NCBI RefSeq assembly: GCF_000189295.2 | Contig: NC_016803.1 | Span: 2,490,001 to 2,522,000, forward strand | Length of the DNA: 32,000 bases | Source of the DNA: Pseudodesulfovibrio mercurii | Lineage (GTDB): Bacteria; Desulfobacterota; Desulfovibrionia; Desulfovibrionales; Desulfovibrionaceae | Direction: 5' to 3' | In this document: positions 17,431 through 23,276 of the stretch, one piece after another | Position numbering within the stretch: the stretch's first letter is position 1 | How the letters are laid out: each line of letters starts with the position of its first letter | Program-made: the position numbers and the translations under genes | Notes under the pieces: model-generated | What the model saw: the letters and a program-made list of their open reading frames with translations, nothing else | Told to the model about the DNA's origin: nothing | The model's database searches: none

Positions 17431-18194
17431 GCTCCACGCGGGGGTTCGGGTTCCGCAACCTTCTCCAAGACCATGGCCCGGACATAGGTGGGCTGCTCGT
17501 CCGAGGACCGCCCGCCCGAGCCGTAGCCCACCCCCAAAAGACGTCCCAGGGGCAGGGGACCGAAGTCGTCCGCAACAATCCGCAGGATGGCCAGGCCCGT
17601 GGGGGTGGCCCGCTCCATGGCGCAGTCGGAGCCGAAGGTGGTCAGCCCCCTGGCCAGTTCCGCGCAAGCCGGTGCCGGGACAGGCATTTTGCCGTGGGCG
17701 CACTGCACGAACCCGGACCCCAGGTCCACCGGGCTGCAGACCACGCGTTCGGCCTCCAGGGCGTCCAGCAGGAGCATGGTTCCGCAAATATCCGCAAGGG
17801 TGTCCACAGCGCCGATCTCGTGGAAGTGGACCTGCTCCAGGTCCACGCCGTGGACCTTGGCCTCGGCCTGGCCCAGAAGGCGCAGGGCCCGGACAGAGCG
17901 TTCCCCGGCCCGACCGGACAGGCCGCTTCCCTCGATAATCCGGCAGAGGTCGGTGTAGTGGCGCAGGGGCTGCTCCCGGGTCTGGAGCACGTCCACGTGC
18001 GTGGTCCGGATGCCCGCGATGCGCTTTTCCGTCCATTTGAGCCCGAAGCCGTCCAGGCCGAGCCGGGCCAGCTCCCGCTCCAGGAAGGCGAACCCCAGGC
18101 CGGGGCCGCGCCACTCCTCCAGGGCGTGGCTCAGGGCGGCGAGGAGCATGTCCCCGCTCACGCCCGTGGAACAATCGAGATATACCGTGTGCAT
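17427..18194 (-). CDS. larC: LarC-like nickel insertion protein, N-terminal (LarC1/DUF111) domain only
   Basis: MHTVYLDCSTGVSGDMLLAAL start and HFHEIGAVDTLADICG motif of DUF111/LarC. The ORF ends after 255 aa at the usual inter-domain boundary. Confidence 0.8.
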   Translation of the reverse strand: MHTVYLDCSTGVSGDMLLAALSHALEEWRGPGLGFAFLERELARLGLDGFGLKWTEKRIAGIRTTHVDVLQTREQPLRHYTDLCRIIEGSGLSGRAGERSVRALRLLGQAEAKVHGVDLEQVHFHEIGAVDTLADICGTMLLLDALEAERVVCSPVDLGSGFVQCAHGKMPVPAPACAELARGLTTFGSDCAMERATPTGLAILRIVADDFGPLPLGRLLGVGYGSGGRSSDEQPTYVRAMVLEKVAEPEPPRGA

Positions 18195-18200
18195 GGGTTC

Positions 18201-18953
18201 CTATCCGTCCCGCCCGCCGACGGCCAGCATGTTGATCTTGTGGGCCAGGTAGCCCGCGCCGAAGCCGTTGTCGATGTTCACGACCCCGATGCCCGGCGCG
18301 CAGGAATTCATCATGGTCAGCAGGGCGGCCAGCCCCTGAAAACTGGCCCCGTAGCCCACGCTGGTGGGCACGGCCAGGATGGGCGGTAGGGCCAGGCCGC
18401 CGATGACCGAGGGCAGCGCCCCCTCCATGCCCGCCACGGCGATGATCACCGAGGCGTCGTTGAGATCGTCCATGACCGAAAAGAGGCGGTGGATGCCCGC
18501 CACCCCGCAGTCGAAATGCCGATCCACGCGGCTACCCAGGAACTCGGCCGTGCCCGCGGCCTCCTCGGCCACGTCCAGGTCCGAGGTGCCCGCCGAGACG
18601 ACCACCACCTTGCCCGCCGGGTCCGCCACCGGCTCCCCGATGGACAGCAGCCCGGACACCGGGTCGAAGCGGGCGTCCGCAACGGCCCGCACGGCCTCGA
18701 AATGGGCGTGATCGGCCCTGGTCCCCAGGACCCGTCCGTTGTGGCGGTTGAGGTGATCAAAGATCGAGGCCACCTGATCGGGCGTCTTGCCAGCGCAGTA
18801 GACCACCTCGGGCCCGCCGGTGCGCAGCTCGCGCAGCTGGTCGATCTTGGCGCAGCCGGTTTCGATGAAGGACTGCCGGAGCAATTCCTTCTTCAGCTTG
18901 TCCCGCGAAATCTGTCCGGCTTCGAAATCGTCGAGCAGACGGTCCAGGCTCAT
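18201..18953 (-). CDS. larB: LarB, pyridinium-3,5-biscarboxylic acid mononucleotide synthase (PurE-like)
   Basis: VVVVSAGTSDLDVAEEAAGTAEFLG and AVAGMEGALPSVIGGL PurE/AIR-carboxylase-like motifs. ATG 18953 overlaps the larE stop (ATGA) and has GGGAG upstream. An alternative in-frame ATG lies at 18977. Confidence 0.85.
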   Translation of the reverse strand: MSLDRLLDDFEAGQISRDKLKKELLRQSFIETGCAKIDQLRELRTGGPEVVYCAGKTPDQVASIFDHLNRHNGRVLGTRADHAHFEAVRAVADARFDPVSGLLSIGEPVADPAGKVVVVSAGTSDLDVAEEAAGTAEFLGSRVDRHFDCGVAGIHRLFSVMDDLNDASVIIAVAGMEGALPSVIGGLALPPILAVPTSVGYGASFQGLAALLTMMNSCAPGIGVVNIDNGFGAGYLAHKINMLAVGGRDG

Positions 18954-19711
18954 CCGGCCCACTCCCTGAAGGTGCATGATTCCAGCCCGATCCGATTCGC
19001 CAGCGCCACGATTTTATCACGGTTTTCCTGTATGATTTCTGCGTACTGCGGAAGGTACTCCACGGTTGCCATCAGATTATCAGGCCGGACGCGGACCGTG
19101 TGCACGCCGATGGTGTGCAGGTAGGATTCCAGGGCGTTCACCCGGCCGAGGTCGTCGGCATTCAGGGGCACGCCCGTGGGGATGCGCGTGGCCAGGCAGC
19201 TCTCGGACGGGGCCTCCCAGTTGGACAGCCCCGCCTCGCGCGCCAGCCCCCGGATCTCGGCCTTGCCCAACCCCGCCGCCAGCAGGACCGAATAGACGTG
19301 GAACTCCTGCAGGGCCCGCAGGCCCGGCCGGTTGGGGTCGTCGTCAGCGTTGGTCCCGTCCAGGAGCAGGCAACCCGCCCCGAAGGCGTCCCGCATGGTG
19401 CGGAGAATCAGGCACTTGCAGTGATAGCAGCGGTCGTCCAGGTTGCGCCGCACCTCGGGCACGACCAGGGCCGAAATCTGGATGACCCGGTGCTCGATGC
19501 CGATGTGGGCGGCCACGCGTTCGGCGCGCTTCAGGTCCCGGTCCGGGGTCAGTTCGCTGACCACGGTGCAGGCCATGGCGCGCGGGCCGAGGGCGAGGTG
19601 CGCCGCGGCGGCCACCAGGCTGCTGTCCACCCCGCCGGACAGGGCCGTGACCGCGCAGCCGACGTCGCCCGCGCGCGCGGCGATGAGGGAGGCAAGATGA
19701 TCGAGGCTCAT
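18950..19711 (-). CDS. larE: LarE, ATP-dependent sulfur transferase (PP-loop ATP pyrophosphatase)
   Basis: PP-loop SGGVDSS. LDGTNADD ... RPGLRAL. SESCLATRIP corresponds to the catalytic Cys loop of LarE. There is an additional CYHCKC motif. Confidence 0.85.
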   Translation of the reverse strand: MSLDHLASLIAARAGDVGCAVTALSGGVDSSLVAAAAHLALGPRAMACTVVSELTPDRDLKRAERVAAHIGIEHRVIQISALVVPEVRRNLDDRCYHCKCLILRTMRDAFGAGCLLLDGTNADDDPNRPGLRALQEFHVYSVLLAAGLGKAEIRGLAREAGLSNWEAPSESCLATRIPTGVPLNADDLGRVNALESYLHTIGVHTVRVRPDNLMATVEYLPQYAEIIQENRDKIVALANRIGLESCTFREWAG

Positions 19712-19742
19712 GAATAAAGCCTAGCCCACCCGAAAGCCCGGT

Positions 19743-21140
19743 TCAACCCCTTTCGGGCTTTTCGCGGCCTATGAGATCGATGCGCCGCCAGGGGCCCTTG
19801 CGGAAACGGGTCATGAAGGTGGAGGCCAGGATGACCACGTAGAGGAGCAGGAACATCCACGGCCCGTGGATGCTGGTGATGCCCAGTCCGTTGAGCACCA
19901 GCAGGGGGATGACCAGGCAGACGATGGAGCCGGTGCCCATGACGAACATGATGAACCGGGTGTCGCCCGCGCCCTTGAGCCCGCCCATGTAGACGATGGC
20001 CAGGGCGTCGAGCAGGGTGAACACGGCGCAGTAGCGCATGAGCACCCCGCCCATGGCCAGGACCGCGTTGAAATCGATGCCGGTCACGTCGCGGGGCCGG
20101 AACAGGTTGAGCAGGAATTCCGGCATGACCCAGAAGACAACGGCCATGACGCCCATGTAGGCCAGGGCGATGTGCAGGACCGAGTGGGTGCAGAAGGCCG
20201 CACGGTCCGGGTTGCCGTCGCCCATGGCCTGGCCAACCATGATGCTGGCCGCCACGTGCAGGCCGATGGTCGGCAGGAAGGCCAGGTTGTAGATGGAGAA
20301 GACCGCGCTTGTGGAGGCCAGTTCCACGGGACCGAAGCGGCCGATGATGAAGACGAAGAACGAAACCGCGAACATGTCCAGGAAGAACTGGACCCCGCCG
20401 GGCAGGCCAAAACGCAGGAACCGGGCGAACAGGGCGTGGTCGAACCGCCAGGCGGACCGGACCCGGAACAGGGCTTCGTTCTTGCGGGTGAAGATCAGCC
20501 GGATGTAGACGATCAGCGGCACGATGAAGCCGATGACCGTGGCCAGGCCCGCACCGGCGATGCCCATCTCCGGGAAGGGCCCGATACCGTTGATCAGACA
20601 GTAATCCAGCGGAATGTTGATGAAGATAGAGCCCAGACTGATGAGCATGACCGGCTTGGTCAGGCCGCGCCCGGCAAAGAAGTTGGACAGGCACATGCCG
20701 AGCAGGCAGGGCAGGCTGCCCACCGTGAGGATCTGGAAATAGACGATCTCGAGACGCCGGATGGACTCGGGGTGGCCGACCAGCCCGAACAGCGGCTCCG
20801 CGAAAAAGGCCAGGGCCGCGAGCAGCAGCCCGGACGGCACGCAGAACCAGAGGCCCACCCACAGGGCGCGGCCCACGTCCGCCGGACGGCACGCGCCCGT
20901 GTACTGGGCGATGAACACGTTGACGTACTCGGACACGCCCATGAAAAAGGACAGGAACAGGAAGGCCATGACGTTGGCCGGCAGGGAGGCGCCCAGGGCC
21001 TCCAGGGAGTAGTTGCCCAGAAATATTCGGTCCGTGAAGGTCATGACCGTGTTGGAGACCATGCTGACGACCAGGGGCAGCCCGATATTGAGGGCCTCCC
21101 GATACCCGCCTTGCGCACGCCAACGTTCCACCAGATACAT
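19743..21140 (-). CDS. MATE-family efflux transporter
   Basis: ATG 21140 preceded by GAGGA (5-nt A spacer). ~465 aa, 12 predicted TMs. N-terminal ...EALNIGLPLVVSMVSNTVMTFTDRIFLG typical of MATE/NorM proteins. The ORF-track start at 21197 is an extension. Confidence 0.85.
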   Translation of the reverse strand: MYLVERWRAQGGYREALNIGLPLVVSMVSNTVMTFTDRIFLGNYSLEALGASLPANVMAFLFLSFFMGVSEYVNVFIAQYTGACRPADVGRALWVGLWFCVPSGLLLAALAFFAEPLFGLVGHPESIRRLEIVYFQILTVGSLPCLLGMCLSNFFAGRGLTKPVMLISLGSIFINIPLDYCLINGIGPFPEMGIAGAGLATVIGFIVPLIVYIRLIFTRKNEALFRVRSAWRFDHALFARFLRFGLPGGVQFFLDMFAVSFFVFIIGRFGPVELASTSAVFSIYNLAFLPTIGLHVAASIMVGQAMGDGNPDRAAFCTHSVLHIALAYMGVMAVVFWVMPEFLLNLFRPRDVTGIDFNAVLAMGGVLMRYCAVFTLLDALAIVYMGGLKGAGDTRFIMFVMGTGSIVCLVIPLLVLNGLGITSIHGPWMFLLLYVVILASTFMTRFRKGPWRRIDLIGREKPERG

Positions 21141-21203
21141 TTTTTTCCTCGTTTGTTGCGGACCGCCCGCGACAGGGCATCGGTCCGGCATTGGCAACCT
21201 ATA

Positions 21204-21220
21204 CCGGCGCGGCGCGCCGG
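21204..21220. promoter_or_regulatory. Perfect 8+1+8 palindrome CCGGCGCG-G-CGCGCCGG in the MATE/marR divergent promoter region
   Basis: Read directly from the sequence. Lies between the MATE ATG (21140) and the MarR ATG (21268). Function unknown. Confidence 0.3.
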
Positions 21221-21267
21221 TAAAGTGGAATCATGCCCCGTTCACATCTTGTCATTTAAAATACAGC

Positions 21268-21825
21268 ATGCTATGGAACATCCGGTACCAACCTGTAATC
21301 CTGGACGAATACGTGGACCAGAAAGCGGAATACCTGTTTTATCCGGCCATGTCCCGATTCCAGCGCCTGTACACCAAGGGGTTGTCCAAGCGGCTGGACC
21401 CGCATGGCGTGAAACCCGGCTACCTGGAGGTGTTCTTCCGCCTCTGGGAAGGGGATGGCATCACCCAGAAGACGCTGCACGAAAGCCTGGACGTGGAACA
21501 GGCCACCCTGTCCAACACCCTCAAGCGGATGGAGCGGGACGGCTTTCTGACCTGCGAACGCAACCCCAGGGACCGGCGGCAGTCCATCATCGTCCTGTCC
21601 GACACGGGCGCGGGGTTGCGCAAACTGGTTCTGGCGGCCATCGACGACCTGCAAAAGGTGGTCAACCACCGGTTGAGCATCAACGACCGCCGCTATTTCC
21701 GACGCATCCTCACCCAGATGAACGACCAGCTCGTCTCGGACCTGGACGACGCCACTCTGGTCCTGCTCGACGAGGTGAACGAGGACGACGGCATGGTCAT
21801 GCTCGTGGACGAAATCAAAAAGTAG
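21268..21825 (+). CDS. MarR-family transcriptional regulator
   Basis: ATG 21268. Winged-HTH ITQKTLHESLDVEQATLSNTLKRMERDGFLTCERNPRDRRQSIIVLSDTG. Divergent from the MATE gene. The ORF-track start at 21013 runs antisense through the MATE gene. Confidence 0.8.
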   Translation: MLWNIRYQPVILDEYVDQKAEYLFYPAMSRFQRLYTKGLSKRLDPHGVKPGYLEVFFRLWEGDGITQKTLHESLDVEQATLSNTLKRMERDGFLTCERNPRDRRQSIIVLSDTGAGLRKLVLAAIDDLQKVVNHRLSINDRRYFRRILTQMNDQLVSDLDDATLVLLDEVNEDDGMVMLVDEIKK

Positions 21826-22250
21826 GCGGAAATTCGAACCGCAACCAACCACAAATACGCTTGCAGACCATATTTCCCCGCCTGACGAGCCTTGCGCACC
21901 GCATTTACCGCCCGGCTCCACACTCCACCGCATGGTTCCCCATAAACCGCTTCTTCGCGTACCCCATTAATTGTCCCCAGCGAATATTCTTTTTTAATCT
22001 ACTGAAACCATAATCTTTTTCGATAACATGTCCACCTGCGGCCATTGACGCGGCGATTTGCCGCATGCTACGCGTGCGGGGCCGGAAGTGACCGGGGAAA
22101 GTCCGATTCGTGGTTTTTTCCCATTATTTTTTCCGGCGGAATCTGCTATGGCTTCCCTAATTAACAACAACGTCCTGTAATTCCTTTTTATAGGTTTCTT
22201 TCTAGAATAACTCTAGACAATATGGGACAACGTTGTACTTTGTTGACAAT

Positions 22251-22271
22251 CTTTGACACCCTATGTCAAAG
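22251..22271. promoter_or_regulatory. Inverted repeat CTTTGACA-cccta-TGTCAAAG spanning the first ATG of the HTH gene, next to a second TTGACA (22243-22248)
   Basis: Perfect 8-bp arms read from the sequence. Candidate autoregulatory operator or -35 region if the real start is ATG 22302. Confidence 0.35.
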
Positions 22272-22553
22272 AATGAACATCATAGGTCGGATTGTGACAT
22301 TATGGACAACGCAAATGCACCCAGGCCGCCGATCCTGCTTACCGTGCGGGAAGTCGCGGACTATTTGCGGGTTCACCAGAGAACGGCCTACCGGTTGATC
22401 ACCAGCGGCGACATCAAGGCCATCAAGATCGGCAGCCAGTGGCGCGTGCCCGAACAGGCCTTGATGGAATTTTTAGAGAGTGGAATGAAGGCGGCGGCCC
22501 CTTCGGGCAAGAGGAAGACCGCGCCGGACCAATTCAAACTCCCTCTGGACTAA
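22263..22553 (+). CDS. Excisionase-family (MerR-like HTH_17) DNA-binding protein
   Basis: LLTVREVADYLRVHQRTAYRLITSGDIKAIKIGSQWRVPEQALMEFL is a typical HTH_17 core. The first 13 codons are AT-rich, so the true start may be ATG 22302 (MDNANAP...). Confidence 0.7.
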   Translation: MSKNEHHRSDCDIMDNANAPRPPILLTVREVADYLRVHQRTAYRLITSGDIKAIKIGSQWRVPEQALMEFLESGMKAAAPSGKRKTAPDQFKLPLD

Positions 22554-22563
22554 GGAGAGCGGC

Positions 22564-22968
22564 ATGTCGAAAAGAACGGTTGGCGGTTATGACGGGGGCG
22601 ACCCGATCCTGAACGTTACCCTGCCCAATGATTTCGGCGAGGACATCGCGGTCACCGGCCAACTCATCGGCGAGGAAATGTACTTCGACGACGGCACCGG
22701 CATGCTGACCATGGAAAAGCTGTACCGTGCCCAGGACGACAAGCTCGTCTACGGCATCATCTCCGCCATCGGACACGCCCGCGAACGCCGCGCCTACCGC
22801 GTGGAAGAGGGCGAGGACAGCTGCATCGTCACCAACGGCAGCCTGAGCCTCGAATTCAACTACGACCAGCTCTTCGAACTCCTGGCCGTGGCCCTGGAAT
22901 CCGAAAAGGAAGCCGCAGGCGCACAGGTCAGCGAACAGGTCCGCCGCAAACTCGCCGTGAACGAATAA
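22564..22968 (+). CDS. Hypothetical acidic protein, 134 aa
   Basis: Strong AAGGAGAG RBS overlapping the upstream stop. Coding-like G/C3 bias. No family recognised. Confidence 0.6.
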   Translation: MSKRTVGGYDGGDPILNVTLPNDFGEDIAVTGQLIGEEMYFDDGTGMLTMEKLYRAQDDKLVYGIISAIGHARERRAYRVEEGEDSCIVTNGSLSLEFNYDQLFELLAVALESEKEAAGAQVSEQVRRKLAVNE

Positions 22969-22980
22969 ATTCGCATAGGA

Positions 22981-23023
22981 AAGGTAATAAAAAAGGGGCC
23001 AATGGCCCCTTTTTTATTACCTT
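22981..23023. terminator. Bidirectional rho-independent terminator (perfect 21-bp arms)
   Basis: AAGGTAATAAAAAAGGGGCCA / TGGCCCCTTTTTTATTACCTT. A GGGGCC/GGCCCC core is flanked by A6/T6 runs on both strands. Confidence 0.8.
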
Positions 23024-23063
23024 TTTACTGCCTACGGCGGCCGGGGCGCTGCTTCGGACCCCG

Positions 23064-23247
23064 CCAGAGAACCTTTTGTAAAAGGTTCTCTGGACTCTCC
23101 AAAACATTTTATCGCCGCTACGCGGGCTCCGTGCAAACTCGGTTATCCTATTTCCCAATACCTCTCTCGAATTTCCCGCCAAGCGGCAGGTCCCGGCGGG
23201 GCTTGTCGCACTCGCGTAGCGCACGAAAAATTCTGGAAGGGAGAAGG
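23064..23247. repeat. MITE-like repeat element, copy 2 (inverted relative to copy 1), with flanking palindrome 23064-23093
   Basis: CCAGAGAACCTTTTGTAAAAGGTTCTCTGG has perfect 14-bp arms. The adjacent ACTCTCCAAAACATTTTATCGCCGCTACGCG (23094-) is mirrored by CGCGTAGCGCACGAAAAATTCTGGAAGGGAGAAGG (-23247). The reverse complement aligns by eye with 5996-6241. Confidence 0.55.
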
Positions 23248-23276
23248 AATGGGAGACCGGGGGCATCATTCTTCCT

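Noticed and set aside
16759-18174. A 471-aa version of the DUF3431-like ORF, and the 520-aa version of ORF 29698..31260.
   Set aside because: The N-terminal two thirds overlap larC and coaBC respectively in another frame and are P/G/R-rich. They were trimmed to GTG 17430 (GTGA coupling with the larC stop) and ATG 30468.
19712-19760. The hairpin AAAGCCCG ... CGGGCTTT between the MATE gene and larE as a terminator separating the two.
   Set aside because: The stem overlaps the MATE 3' coding end, the loop is 13 nt, and no U-tract follows on the minus strand. It is too weak to call, so co-transcription is left as an open question in the findings.
21826-21850. tRNA-like TTCGAA motifs: GCGGAAATTCGAACCGC after marR, and GCCTTCGAATCCCAGGC at ~25687-25703.
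   Set aside because: These are only short hairpins with wrong loop sizes (9-11 nt). There are no acceptor, D or anticodon arms around them. No tRNA or att-site fragment can be supported.
22148-22180. A mini-ORF, MASLINNNVL (three consecutive AAC codons), in the AT-rich spacer as a possible attenuation leader peptide.
   Set aside because: It has no convincing RBS and no alternative terminator/antiterminator structures downstream. The downstream genes have no link to asparagine metabolism. It is most likely chance.
21826-22262. The AT-rich spacer as a replication origin (it is close to parAB/parS).
   Set aside because: No cluster of DnaA boxes is present: only isolated 6-7/9 matches to TTATCCACA, such as ATGTCCACC at 22028. 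No dnaA or dnaN gene is nearby.
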